A stretch of 64,000 bases of DNA from Spirogloea muscicola (Eukaryota), in contig WELB01000004.1 of NCBI GenBank assembly GCA_009602725.1, positions 320,667 to 384,666 on the forward strand, given 5' to 3'. Position 1 is the stretch's first letter; each line of letters opens with the position of its first letter. Both the position numbers and the translations under genes were made by a program. This document shows positions 25,101 to 39,055 of the stretch, piece by piece. Below the pieces are notes generated by a model. That model worked only from the letters and a program-made list of their open reading frames with translations. It searched no databases and was not told where the DNA came from.

Positions 25101-26100
25101 ATCACTAGAGCCTTGTCAGATATCTGTTAGTCAACACCATGGCAGTGGGGGAGCAGGGGACTTGCAAACCTGCGCTCGCTCTTCAAGACTGCAGCTCGCA
25201 TTGTTGAGCTCAGCATGGAATCGGTGGACTGCATAACTCTCCAGCTGGCAGACAAGTGATGGCGTCAGATGTCAGGCTTAAGCGAAATTCCTACTTCGGT
25301 TGTGACGGGCTTGACAGCTGATGCCACCGCTCTCCTTGCCAGACGTGGCACGTGGGTGTGCCTGAGCAGCAGATGTCCTAGCCCTCATGCAGGCCCCGAA
25401 TCCGGAACCATGACCCTCAAACCCAACCCAAAAACCCCATGCCCTGTGTCTCCTCCACAGATCAATGGCTACTGCTGCGAGCTTGCTCTCTGCATTGCCG
25501 GATACCGTTCCGCCAGCACTGGCTATTTGCCGAGGTCTCACGTCTGAAAGCTCAGACGTGAGACCAGTGCCCATTACTGACGGCCGCGTCGGTGGCGGGC
25601 GCAGCGCACCTTCTTGGAGCGGTCCTTGCGCGTGCGCTGGGCGCGCTTGAGGAGCCACGCGGCGACGGGCAGGATGGCGGCGTAGTCCAGGCCCTGCAGC
25701 TGGTGCGCCTGCAGCGCGTGCGGGCACCCGAGCCTCTGCAGTGCCGCCTCCACGGCCTCGCCCACCTGCCTGCACAGAGGCGGCGTTCCATGACCTTGAG
25801 GTCGTGGGTCCGAATCCGAAGGACAAATCAGTGATCTGCACCGACGGCTCCGTCCTGCGCTGGGCCCGTCAGCGCTCCCGGGCGGCAGCGGCGGCGCCGG
25901 CGCTCACAGCTTCGCGACGAGCGTGGCGCCGTCGTCGTACAGCAGGCCCTGCTCGAGGTCCACGCCCGCGCCGCCGGCGCCGCCGCCGGCGANCTGAGCC
26001 GCGCACTTCACCTTCAGCCACCCCAGCCCGCGCGAGGCGCCGCTGTTTCCGCCGCCGCCGCCGCCGCCGCCGCCACCGCCGCCGCCGCGGCTGCCGCGCC
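22185..26100 (-). CDS. CCDC93: Coiled-coil domain-containing protein 93 (CCC/Commander complex) homologue, start uncertain
   Basis: Exon peptides EAALQRLGCPHALQAHQLQGLDYAAILPVAAWL, LDEAPSQRELIQ..YERRFVEL, KEISLLSSIQSQ and AKFLESMQAIVKSVEE. The last exon reads EEFSRHELLQKQLQ...EG* with the stop at 22185-22187. Confidence 0.82.
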
Positions 26101-26259
26101 CGCGGATCGCAGCTTGGAGGGCGGGGGCCACGCTGACTGCAAGAAAGCCGACTGACGGATGACTGCTGACTGCGGAGGGGGGTTGGAGTCGCCCGTCAGT
26201 GCCGTCGCGGGCGTCAGCTGCCTGGTGACGTTGGGCCGCTTGCTGAGAGCCCCTTCCTT

Positions 26260-26420
26260 GCGGCTGCTTAGCAGGGGTTACTGAGTGATTGGCAGCTGCT
26301 TTCTTTCTCTGTGTGCTCTGTTTTCTTAGCGCTTCCTCTGGGCCCCCTTCTCGTACTTTGTTCATACTTTTTTGGGCTGGCTTTTCCAGCCCTTATCCTC
26401 AATGGGCGAGCCCTTCTACT
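26260..26420 (+). mobile_element. Short 3' remnant of the same non-LTR element family
   Basis: Closely matches 53087-53255 (CGGCTGCTTAGCAGGGGTTACTGAGT...TTTTGGGCTGGCTT.TCCAGCCC...CCTCAATGGGCGAGCCCTT). Confidence 0.7.
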
Positions 26421-26997
26421 TCCATGTTCCTCCGCATTCTCACCGCGCCTTTCCATCTTCTGCGTTGTCCCCGCATTGCCTGCGGCGGCTTTGGCCTCCT
26501 GCTGCAATTTCGGCGACCTCACACACTGGCCAGGACATACTGCCGGTGTGTATGATGGAGCACTTCATATGTGACAGATGGTTCGGCATTGACTGCTTCA
26601 TTTGCCATGCGGCCATGCACGAAATGTCGCACGAAGTGCCGCAAGTCTTTAATCTAGTATCCATTAGAATTTCGAGACATGGACATCACTGTTTACATTT
26701 GTAATGTGGCGGTTTCTTCATGAGAAGACTACTGGGAAATGGTGACATTGGGTCCCCTAAATTACACACCTATAGGTCCCCTAATCTACAGACCTACAAA
26801 CCATGCCCAGCAGGTGTTGTTGCCTGAGCTTGGAAAGTACTGCGAATGGAGCACTGCTAATAAGGATAAAATAAGTTATGTTAATAATCCGGAGCCATTC
26901 CGGAGAACAAGGAGAAGGATAAGGATACATGCAACAAGTACTGCTGCAACCAAGGCGACAAGGATCATTGTTCATCGCAGTGGGGACCTTTCCAACT

Positions 26998-29900
26998 CTA
27001 CCCAACATTAAGTGGCATGAAAGGGAAATTCTCCTTTCCACTTTCCCTTTTGCTGGCAACCTTTGCAGGCGACTTTGTTATACGCCCCTGCAGTGGATTA
27101 TCAAGTCGTGAGGCTGGAGTCTGACTTGCACACCAGGGAAGCAAGGAAAGTAGTAAACATTTGCTGCGAATGATGGCTCACCTCGTGCTGTTTCCTGGCA
27201 CCATGATGCTCGATCTGGGCAGCTGCCAAGGTGCTGCTGAAAAGCTCCAGCAGCAAGGTTCCCCCCTGCTCCATTGCTACTTGTACTGGTGTTCGTCCAA
27301 ACTGCTTGGTGGCAGCGGGATGCATGATTAGCTGACATGCAGATGTGGGCAGATTGCAGTAAGACAGACGACCTCAAAGGCCATTGTAACATGATAGAAA
27401 CTCAAGCAAGCCAGCACTATGACATGTAGAGGCAGTGGCAAGCTGCTCTGTGGTCTAACAACACAAGAGGAAGTCCTTCCTGCGTTGAGCCTGATCAGGT
27501 TGATATTGACATTCTGTCTTTGTGTTTCTCATGCTTTCCCTACTCACGTCATCCTGAGCATCCATCCTGGCACCATGTTGTAAAAGCTTCTCAACAACTC
27601 TGGAAGTGAGCTGAGGACTTGCTGCCGCAAGATGGAGTGGTATCTGTCTCAACTGCACAAGGTAAGAACTGCGTGAGTGTCCTGAATAGTCCAGAGTGTC
27701 AGTGACAAACAGGCATAAGAAGCACATTGTTACAGACAGTTAGCACCTGCATCAGAGCAAGTGGACTGGAGTCATTGGCACTCACATCGTCTTCGACGTT
27801 GATGTTGCAACCCTGCCGCACAAGCAAATCCACTGTGGCTGTGCGGCCCATGGCAGCTGCTAAATGCAGTGGAGTCTGCCCGTTCTGCATTAGACAATGA
27901 GGTAAGCGACAACCTCTTGTACGATCGTGACATTTCATGGTGACAACAAGGACGTCTTGAAATCGCAACCATACCTCCCGGAAAAAGAAGATGCTAGAGA
28001 ACAATCATAAGTCCAACAGGTTGAAATCGTGCTGCCTGGCTTGATTCTCGATGCTTGTGCTTGTACAGCCAGAGAGTTGTTGATCCAGGGTAGGAGTCTT
28101 ACATCTGTAGTTCTCTCCTTGTCATCGCCTTGATCAAGCAGTACTCTTACTACTGCCGTTTTTCCATTCCTAGCGGCCATATGAAGTGGCGTCATGCCAA
28201 ACTGCACGGCATTGCTATGCCGTTGTAAGAGGGCAAAGTATCAAGCATACAGCTCTGGCTGCCTGATTTTAGGGTTTGGTTCGTATGCTTATAAGAGCAT
28301 GGAAATAAGCTTCTCAGAGGATCAGATGTGTACATCATTTACTGCTGTAAGGCTTGCGGCGTGTTGTAAGAGGAACTCCACAGTCCCCTTTAGACCTTTA
28401 GAAGCGGCCACGTGAAGAGGCGTTTGTCCTCCCTGGAGATGAGCACAACGGTACACGCACAACACAGTGAGAATTGTCCTCAATCAGACACCTGCACATA
28501 TAGTGTTCTGTGCCATACAGCTGAAATATACTATTAGCGGCATGAAATGCATGGCCGCAGCTCAAACACGCTGTCGACTGGCACATTGAGGCAGCTCTGA
28601 TTTGCCTGGCTTTTGAATGTGGATATTGTAGGTTATCGCAGATTTTGCAGCAATACATATTGTGTCTCCCAAAAAGGTGTATACTGAATGGCTGGACAAT
28701 CAATATTCCATGGAGACTCATTGATAGCTTACTTTGTCTTTTGCTTCCAAATCAGCCCCATTGCTGAGAAGCACACTAACAGTGGCTTTCCGTCCAGTCT
28801 CGCAGGCCCCATGCAGAGGTGTCAAATCTCCCTGCGCAACGTACCACGTCAAGTGCTCAAACATGGGCAGACAAGTGCAAGCAATGCTTGTACAGCCTCC
28901 ATGGAGCTATAAATTGCATAATCAAGCAAGTACGGCCTGCTTCGGAAGCATCATCAGGGTGCCATCTTTAGTGTCACTTACATCATCTCGTGCTTCTTTA
29001 TTTGCTCCAGACTTGAGGAGCAGAGCCACAGTTGATGTCTGACCCAGAGCAGCAGCAAGGTGGAGAGCCGTTTGACCCATCTGTGACAACTTACAATGAC
29101 ACTCAGAGGTTTGACAACCTGAAGGCTTACTGTGCTTGACCAGTGGACCGCGGAGTTGCTAGACGGCAGCATATTATACTTCACATGTAGACTGTGATAC
29201 TTCAGACTGCATGAGTAACGAGCTGACATGAATCATACATCACAAGGAGCGTCAATGTCTGCCTTGTGCTGCAAGAGCTTTTCAACTGCGGCCGTCCTTC
29301 CATGTCCAGCAGCGATATGCAATGGCGTCTGAAAGGACTGCGATGTGAACATAAAGTATTAGAAAGTTGTTGGAAGTGTTGCCTTCAGCTCAGTGCCTCA
29401 TGGGAGCTCTCAAAGACAGCACAGATAACAAGTCGTGCGGTAGGAATTGTGTACTGCCTTACATCAGTCCGTGCCTCTTTGTCAGCACCAGCCTTGAGCA
29501 AGGCAACCACTGTAGCGGAGTGCCCGTTGGCAGCCGCGAAGTGCAATGCTGTAAGTCCTCCCTGTCTCAGCCAAGGAGACAAGCATTGGCGACATGCCCA
29601 AAGCATAAATGCTCACACAGTACTGCAGAATGAAGAAGAGTCATAGATAGCTTTGGCAGGCATTAAACAAGCTGATGTGAAACTCACGTCGTCAGGTGCT
29701 GGATGCTTAGCGCCTGCTTCCAAAAGCAACTGCACAGTAGCCGTGCGACCTTGCCCAGCTGCTATATGCAGAGCACTTTGGCCCCCCTGTTGTCAAGGCA
29801 GCAGCCACCAGAGTAAATAGGTAGCAAAGGACTGCTGTTGCTTGTCAGCACCAGCATCAGTCACAGCAATACAGTCAACAATATATATTTAGATTACAAC

Positions 29901-30801
29901 TAGGGAGTACAGTTATCTCGTGCAATAAAGCAACCCAATTTATTTTGACCGAAAAGCGCAATGCAAATACTACAGGTGATATGTGGGCCAGGGCATCTGG
30001 GTCGCTCACAAGCTCGTAACTGATAGCGTTGACATCCTCCCCTTGTGCGATTCTTCGTCGAATGGCGCTGACATTGCCAGTGCTGGCATCTACGTGCATT
30101 GTAGAGACATTGAGCACAAAGCCAGGTCCTGCCGGTTGCCCAGGTTGCAGCGCCGCTGCAGCTGCTAGCTGAGGAGCCTGCGGCGCTGGATAGACTGATG
30201 GAGCTTGACCTGTTTGACCTGTGGTAGGAGGATTTGTACCAGCCATGGCTGCGCTCGGCTTCTGCTGGGGTGACGGTGCATACACGGCCGTCGGTAGTGG
30301 TGGCAAGGAAGTGCGAGCTGTTTGCGTTCCAGCCTTCTGAGCCTCTGCAGGCCTCTGCAGGCCTGCAGGATTCTCCTTGGACGTTCCTGAGGCAGCTAGC
30401 CCGCCCCCGGGCTGCGACTTGGACGCGTGACCGCCAGAGGCGGCGTTGGAGGGGGGCAGGTACTCGACGTCGATGTGCAGGTTGCAGAAGTAGTCGCTCT
30501 CGCTGTCGAAGCAGCTGCAGGAGCGCGAGTGCATGGCGCTGCGGGAGGTCGCGTCGGCCTCCCCGGCCGGCGCCGCCGCCGCCTCCGGCGGCGCCGCCTG
30601 CGCCCGCGCGCCCGCCTGCGGCCCGCGCTCGCTTCCCTGATGGCCCATGGCGGCGGCGGCAGCGGTGGGCCCCTCGTCGTCGAGATCCTCACTACTGAGG
30701 TCATCTCGTGGTGGGCTTCGGAGCCTGGCGTCCCGCGCTCCCAACCCCGCCGCTCGGCCAGAATTTTGAAATTTCGTATCTCGCCGTCCCGCGCTCATCA
30801 C
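26998..30801 (-). CDS. Ankyrin-repeat protein with a low-complexity N-terminus (~9 repeats), start at 30801 or 30648
   Basis: Successive exons encode GGQSALHIAAGQG, GGLTALHFAAANG, MGQTALHLAAALG, GGQTPLHVAASKG, FGMTPLHMAARNG, NGQTPLHLAAAMG, LRQIPLHLAAAS and FGRTPVQVA. Confidence 0.9.
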
Positions 30802-31044
30802 TCCCGCGCCATTCCGTCGTCGCGCCGTTGGGTNTTGCCGCCGCCGCCGCCGCTGCCGCTGCCGCCGCCGCCGCCGCCGCCGGCGTAGCCGCCGCTCTGG
30901 CCTTCATCGCCACCGCCTGCTACGCAACACGCCGACGCTGACGTGCCTGGCTCCGCTTGAGGCTGCGCCTCTGGGCTGCGCGCAGCAACCAGGCTACCAC
31001 TTGCCTGGCCCCACGGACGTCCGCTTCCACAAAGCACATGTGGC

Positions 31045-34000
31045 ATGGCAGAGTGGGAGCTCAGCAAGGAGAATGTCCAGCCTCTGAAGGGTGGTCGCGA
31101 CGTAGACTCTCTCAACAAAGCCCTCAAGCAGAAGGTGTCTGGGGATACTGATACTGCCAGCCGCGAGCAAGAGCGCCGGTGAGTGAAAGTAGGCCATATG
31201 TTTCGACAAGATGAGGCGCTTTTGTCCAGATCTCAGTTGCATTCTCAAGGCTGTGCCCATTGGCATACGCCGCCCTTATAAAAGTATCACTATGATGAAT
31301 TATCCTGACTAAATGTCACTGCAGATTGCTGCTTCAAGCGATTGACAGCTATAGTGGTGAAGACCCTCTTCGACCATGGCTCAAGTAAGTGGTTGCCAGT
31401 TCTTCTGAGTTATTCCTCGTTGAGTTGACTTTGGCCAAATAGCTTCGGCAGATAACTGAAGCATTCATCGGTATACCTGCAACTTGAGCTGTTGCGTGTA
31501 GGGACATTCAAAATGCCCCTCCAGAATGATGTCAGTCGTACACGTACTTGACCGCAGATACCTCAAATGGATCAAGCTGCACTACCCATCGGGAGGACTG
31601 CAGGGAGAGACTTTGTCTGTCCTTGAGAAATGCACCAAACGGTTCCAACAAGACGGGAGATATCGTTCGGACATCCGCTACCTCCGTATCTGGATCCAAT
31701 ATGTAAGTCACACTGTGCTTCACTTATTGCATCTTCAGGCTGACCGGCACCACGAAACATCACCTGAATTTTCACATGACTCGACGCCCTTCTGGTGACA
31801 GGCAGACTGCTGTCGTGAGCCAGGAGACATTTTTGCATTCCTGGATGTGCATTCTATTGGTCAAGATCATGCACTGTACTATGAGGCCTATGCCACCTAC
31901 TTGGAGCTTTGCCGCGATTTCGGAAAAGCACAGGCTGTGTACGAAGCAGGCATTAGCAGGTCTGCACTTGATCACGTACTCTTGCAATCGTTGTGCCTGC
32001 CAATGCAAGCCCTGTGAGCACTAGAAACAGACACCTACTTTACAATCAGCAACCTACATTGACATTTGTACACACCTTGCCAGGCATTGCAAGCACCATA
32101 AGCTAGCCTTTTGTGCTAACATGCATTGATCATTATCCCAATGGTATAGCGATTCTTACACCTTTCTGCTTCAAGCTTGAGCTGAGGCCCACACCTCGAC
32201 AATAGAGATCCTCGGGTGGTCCTAGCCTTTCAAGACTGGAAAAGTGGACTGACTTGAATCTTGAAACTTCGTTGCCCACTCACAATCACTGTCTTGCTTG
32301 CTTTAAGATTATCGTTTTTTTTGAAACTTGTAGGCAAGCCCAACCCGTGGCAAGGCTTCTGAACACATTTCAGGACTTTCAGCAGCGGATGGCTAAACGC
32401 ATCCAGCGAAAGATGCAGGCGGTAGGTAATGCAGGTCTAGCAGAGCTTATGATAGATGGAGCAGATGATCTGGGAGCTGCTCAAGAAAGCAGTGAAATAC
32501 TGACAAAGTCTTTGTCACAAACACTGGTCATCATGGGATGAGAGGAGCACACTGGCATGCTGAGGTATAGATGTAATTCTTCATTTTACAGGAGGAAGCT
32601 GCGGAGACTAGGGCAGATCAGAAGGAAGACATTGGCAGGTCTTTCGTACCTAGGCAGAGCCTGCAAGCACTACAAGGTAAGTGTGATAGAAGCATGCTCG
32701 TACTTAGATGGCTTCAGTTTATCATTTGCTTGTCAGACTTGACAGAGTGGGCAACATGGTGATCACAGGCAGAAAAAGTAGTGTACATGGCCAACAGCCG
32801 CAACAAGAGAAGGCAGCCCAAAGACCTCAACGGCCTTCTACCACCAGGTGAGCAATCAAGGCACAGTAGCTCCTCAACAGCTCTGTCAGGCAGAGCAGCA
32901 GGTCAACTACTCACAGGGGCTCCTTTGCAGGGGTACTGGAATTCGTGTATATGTGGACGAAGATCTCAGAGGCCCTGAAGATGAGAATGCTCCCTGCACG
33001 ACGTCCACTGGAGAGCTGGGAACAAGTAAACAGCTGCACTGGAGTAATATCGGGACTCAAGCAGAAAGGACCAAGGAGAATGTGCAGCACCCAAGCAAGT
33101 GGACTGCTGCTAAGGTAAGATGAGACCCTTGCCATGTTCTTCCCACCTTTTGTGCTCTTTCAGATAGCTTGGCAGATGCTTAGAGGAGACACTCCCAAGA
33201 TATTGAACTGTGCACCATGTGACCACGACAGATGAGTCGAAAGAGGTCACAGGCTGCACCACAGGCTCCCCCGCTGGAGGTTTTTGTGGATGAGGAGTTT
33301 TCCAAGTCAGGTCCTCTGCAACTCAATTATATAGTGCTGGGTGCTGTTCTCTTGCTGCTGTGCTCTAGCGGCTTGCAGATCCACGCCCCATACGGTCTAT
33401 AGCAGACATCTGGCTGCTGTTATGCCTCTCCTCCAGTCTTGTTTGACGAATCAGCTTTCACCAGTAACAACATGCTTAGCAATGGCCTGTTGTATGCCTG
33501 CTTTTGTGCAGGCCACAAGCTTGCTCGACGAAGCAGCAAGGCTCTATGGAGGCATCACATCTGGTCCACCTTAAGGAAGCTGGATCTCACAGGTTTGAAG
33601 GCAATGCTCTTCTCCTGCGGCAATGTAAGACATATCAAGCATGTGTCAAGCTTCTGAAGGAGCAACCCGGCAACAATGCAGGAGCAAAGACAAGCAGCTC
33701 ACCACGCCGCTGCTTCCATCCTCTGACACAAATCAGTCAATGTTCTCCAGCAAACGAGAAAGGCAAGCCGTCACTGCTCCAGGTGAAACCTAAACTGCCA
33801 ATGATGCTAGATGAATACTGGCTAACTCTTACTTGCGTAGCATTGAATGACATCCCATCATTCGTTTGCAGTCCTGCTGCGACTCGCGATTGCTTGCATT
33901 TGCTTTCGGAATGCTCAGAAGGTTGCTGGACTGCCACAATGTAATTCATGCACATAAATGTACTTGCAGAGGTAATTCCAGCCAAGAGTGATGATGCTAT

Positions 34001-37000
34001 GCCCTCAAGTATTCGGCAAGGCCGTGATCCAGGCATTAAGGAGACAAATTGCCACATTGATCCTGTGCCAATGACGTTTTCGGATATTCCAGAGTCTACT
34101 CATAGGGGCCTTGTTGACCCAACTATAAACACCAAGGAAGCTTTTGCTGACATAATGTCTATGTTTAGCAAGCCTCTACCGTGTGAAGGGCGGCGCTCTC
34201 CAGCAGACACTCCTACAGTCAGCTCAAGCGATGTTGCGACAGACCAGTCTGCAGAGCCCATCTCCTTGTCTGGGCAGGAGGACAAGGAAAATGGCGAAGG
34301 AAAGAAGGCTGCAGGTGGAGGCTCTCAGTCTCCCAGTGGGCAAGGAAAGAGAAAGAGGTTGCTGCAGCCATTTCCACGACATGAAGAAGAGGCTGTCTTG
34401 AAGCCCATGACTGATTTCCGCATGAAGCTACTCGAGATTAGTGTTGGTGACGCTGGGCCTAGCAATGATGCTGTCCTGGGAGATTGCAATGATGCTGCAA
34501 GTGACCTACATTTAGAAGAGTGAGCCCTTCACCCTCCTCTGCAGTCACACTGAGCAAGATCAAGGCATATCTAGCATCAACTATACCTTGATTGCAATGT
34601 CAATACAGGAACTGTATAGACCTCTATCAAGGTTGAGGGCTAATCAAACTTCGAGGATCAGGATAAGACTACAGCAACCTGACTTGGCTTGGCTGGGTGC
34701 AGGTCTGGCAGTTCCAGGCAAGACAGCTTCACAATATGGACAGGGGACACGGTCAATGAGCGTTGTACCAGGTCTGAGCATACTAAGGACCAGGAGGCAA
34801 ACCCTCAGCTCCTTAGAGTGGCTGATACTCAGCAACTTGGCACTACAAACGCTCTCCAGCAGCACATATTCGAGAAACGGATCAGATCGGAGGTGGAAGA
34901 ATGCACTGCACAACAAAGGAAAGCCTCGGACAATGAGGATGGCTGCAGCAATGCTAATCACAAGCTTGACAATAATTGCCAGGTACGGGCCTATTTGACA
35001 GACTTTCACTTATATGGTGAGCTGTGTACGTAATCTTCATTGTCAGCACCATGACAAATTGCAAACTTACTTATGATGCTACAAGCACCGAGATTGGTCT
35101 GAGACAGCTCATCATGTGACACACCCATGTTTAAATATCAGGAATGCTCTCAAGGAGCAGGTCAGCGTGGACTGCTTGTAAAGGATCCCTGGGATGCTGC
35201 TCTGTGTGCTGAGCTTTTGACTACACGCAGTCCAACCTTGCAATCGCTTCAGGTTCCAAACTCACTAGTTTTCTGCAGCCTTCCAAGCTATGTCAGCTTG
35301 TTGTGACACTTGGTAGCAATCCTTGTTTGAGCAGAGACAAATATTTGCTGAGGCCTATCGTTGGAGAAGCTGAGAACTCTCTTAGTCAAGGAAGAAGTCC
35401 AGTTGTTCGATCATTCTTGCTATCTGTACAATCTCCTGAATTCTCCTGAAGTCGGCTGACATGTCAAATCCTTTGTGTGAGTGCTGTCCAGGGGTACAAT
35501 GACTCCTGCAAAGAGCACTTTGGAGATGCTGCGGATCTGAAGACTGTGAAAACAAGGTCAAAGAGCGGCGACTTATCCTTGAGACTTGGTATGAAATTCA
35601 GCCTCTACAATAGCTTGCCACAGCTCACATAACCAAAGCACAATCATTGGTCTACATTGACAGACTAATTACCATGAGAGTCTCTTGGTGCCTGATCCTC
35701 TCATACATCTTGTTTGGAAAAGGGAAGGAGAACTACATGGTCAAGGCCTGCATAGGGCAAGGGGCCTATGCCAAAGTGTATACTGCATTCCGGGTCGATG
35801 ATCCAGGCGACTCTGACTCTGCACATTGGATGGATGACAATGAGCTTGCTCTAAAGGTAACTTGTCAAACATGTAATGCAGATGTCAACAGCTATGTTGC
35901 TGTTTTGCATTGCTAGACAGTAAGCTATGTGACAAAGGGGGCCAACACTGGGCCAACATTAGATAGTAAGCTATGTGACAGAAGGGGCCAACACTGGGCC
36001 AGATTTAGACAGTAAGCTATGTGGCAAAGGGGCCACACTGAGCCAACATTACAGGCCGCCTTGTCCAGCCTAGGAAAGTCTCATGATTCTCATGTCTTAC
36101 CCAGGCTATGCAAGACGAGCAGGCCAACTAATCACTATTTAGTGCAGGTCCAAAGACCTGCATGGCCATGGGAATTCTACATTTACCGACAGTTGGATCT
36201 GCGGGTGCCTTCAGAAGAGGTGACATACTTGCTGCACATCCTGAAACCTGATTTACTTCCTTGAAGGAAACCTTACTACAAATTCAGATGCCTGATTGAG
36301 GGTGAAAGGTGGAGCTGCCTGTGTGCCTTGACATAGCAGACTTTCCATTGAAATTTATCTAATTTGCAATGGCAGCGGAAGCGATTTGGCTGTGCGAGAC
36401 GTTTTCATGAATTCTGTGATTACAGTGTCATGGTTTGCGACTATGGCGAGCATGGGACACTGCAGGTAGGGGCTTGCTGATGAATGAGGTTTGGTTGCAG
36501 GACATATTGGGCCTCTAGCTTTGTCTTGCCAGGCATGTCCTGTTCAATCAACTGAACACATAGCAAAAGCCATGGCCTCATCTGCGTTACACATTTAGAC
36601 ATGTGTCATGCAGTTCATGCCTTGCATCTAAACCACCGCATCTTGTGAGTATATCAGGATGTAATCAATGCCTACTTGGCAAATGGACAACGAATGGAAG
36701 AGCCTCTGTGCATGTACTACACCATAGAGATGCTTCGAAGTCTTGAAGTACTACATGCCATTGACATTCTTCATGCTGATTTCAAGCCTGACAACCTTCT
36801 CATTCGTAATGACTGGTAAGCATCTAGGCAGTGCAAAGCTTACTTATCTCATCAACATGAGATGAGCCAATTCTCCCCGTGCTTCTGAAAGGTCTTTGAA
36901 GTAAGTTCCACCTGAAAGCAACTTCTGAAGAGCAGCGCTGTCTGAGCTCGCTCGAAGCTGCTGTTATTTTGCTAGCCTTGACTGGTAAAATTTGCCGTTC

Positions 37001-38162
37001 GTATGACTACCTGCAGTGATACATGGTGTGAGTGGACGCCAGACAGGCCAGGCTGCTGGTCGAAAAAGGTGGGTTCATTCGTCCATGGAAGGCAGGAGTG
37101 TCTAAGTCCAAGCTTCTCAGCGACTTCTTGATGCTAACGCTTCATCTCAACTGCAACCTCTTGTTAAGAGTTCCGGAACGTGGCGGGTCCTGTCTATGCA
37201 GGGCTTGACATTGATTGATTGGGGTCGAAGTATCGACCTGAGATGCTTTCCGAAGGGCACAGCCTTCATGGCAGACTGTGGGACAGAAGCATTCAGATGT
37301 ACAGAGATGATAGAAGGAAAGCCCTGGGCATACCAGGTCAGCTATCCTGATGTCAGCTTCATGTCACCTTCATCTGTGCCCTGGTTGCTGTTACCCGGAT
37401 TGACTGCAAGCTACTGTTGCTTATATAAGCATGGGAAGACCAGTCTTATCTGTTTGTGGGACGATGTGGAGGTCCAGCAACACTCGTCCCTGAGACCAAG
37501 AGCCGCCATGTACCTCTTCAGCACGTTGTTTCCTTGTAGAGGGTGGACATTGAGAGCTCAATACTCTTGTGAGCATTTTGTCAGGTTGATTATTTCGGCA
37601 TATGTGGAGTTGCTCATTGCCTGCTTCATGGATCGTACATGGACGTTGAGAAAGTCGTAACAGAGTCGGGCGATTTGAGATACCGCCCAAAATCGTCTTT
37701 GAAGAGGTAGGGCTGCATGGCTACTGTGCACTGTGCACTGTGCTCTATAGGATAAGAGATCTGTCAAACAACTCTCGAACAGTATGTTCTATTCACTGCT
37801 TTGCTGTTGCAAACGAAGTAGGATGCTCGTGACATGCACATCATTTGTGCGTATTGTATAGAGGTAAGACCACTTAATGGCAATCGGAACACTTCAGTGA
37901 ATTACTCAAGTTTAGGATAACATGACTGACCTTCTGATCCTCTTGTGGCAGGTATTGGCAAACTGACTTGTGGCAGCAGTTGTTCTCCATCCTACTCAAC
38001 GCAAGCGGGAGCACTGACGGCCCTTACCAACAGCTACTTGAAATTCGACATAATTTTGAGCAGTACCTTGCAACCACCCCAGGAAAAGCTAAGCAATTGA
38101 AGCTCTTGCTCATGAAACAGAACATTCTAATGTTTGACTACCTTCACAATCGCCAGCTTTAG
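31045..38162 (+). CDS. BUB1: Spindle-assembly-checkpoint kinase BUB1/BUBR1 (MadBub)
   Basis: Starts MAEWELSKENVQPLKGGR. TPR region contains YSGEDPLRPW and YRSDIRYLRIWIQY. Kinase motifs IGQGAYAKVY, WPWEFYIY, HADFKPDNLL and LIDWGRSIDL. Stop at 38160-38162. Confidence 0.93.
35914..36051. repeat. Intronic minisatellite, ~46-bp unit x3
   Basis: TAGA(C/T)AGTAAGCTATGTG(A/G)CA..GGGGCCA(A)CACTG.GCCA..(A)TT repeated three times within a BUB1 intron. Confidence 0.85.
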
Positions 38163-39055
38163 AAGCTTACAAAGATATGGTGATCGTTCATTACGTGGGA
38201 GACGCAGCAGGCAGACTATGTCAGTACATTGCTGAGGCATTAGCATGAAGCATCATTTGCTCTCTTCCTTGAATGTATTGGCTTGCATTGGCCTCCCATT
38301 CATTTCATGCGCCCCACGCGCCTTCCCCCCCTTCCTTGAAATCATGTATTTTATTTTTTGTGGATGATATCTGTAGCCAACAGCTCTGCAGTTGCCTCCA
38401 GCTTGCTTCTAAGGTGCTGAAGAAACCCTGCCAGAAGGGGCAAGGGCCAATGCCTGCAATACCTGAACTGTGCACTGAAGCGTTGATGACAGTCAGCCCA
38501 GTATGAGAGATGTTCTCGCTCCCATACTCGAGGCTCTTTGCCACCAGTCCCACAGGGAGTTGAGGTTGCTGATGCTGGAGTTTTTGATGCATGATATGGG
38601 CCGAAACAACCCCCTCCCCCTTCGTGCGACTGCACGGAAGCAGTGGGCTGCTGTTATTGAGCAGCCAAGGGAGCCACCAGGAGAGCGAGCATATGCAGGC
38701 GGCTGTGCGCCAGACCACGCAGGTAGCAGGTGATGCCGCATTATACTTCCGGCAGCAGCAGGCCCTGCTCGGCAGATTTTATGTCAAAGCCTGTTGCGTT
38801 CACCACGTATGGGATGTCGCCTCCCTCCACAACGGTCGCCTGCGCGCATGTCATGTGTAACATGGCTTGACTGTCAGTGCCGCAGGAAAGGCTTGACAGA
38901 TGCCTGGAGACGGACAATTTCACCAGGCTGGGCAGCGTGGCTTTGAGATAGAGCTGAGAGCGGCGCAACCCGGAGTCGTGACACGCGAGACAGCATGGTG
39001 CTGGCGCCGGAACGGCGACGGGAGGTGGCAGCGCTGTAGACTGCCTTGACGGCAT

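Noticed and set aside
35914..36051. CRISPR-like array
   Set aside because: The units are contiguous with no unique spacers, the context is a eukaryotic intron, and there are no cas genes.
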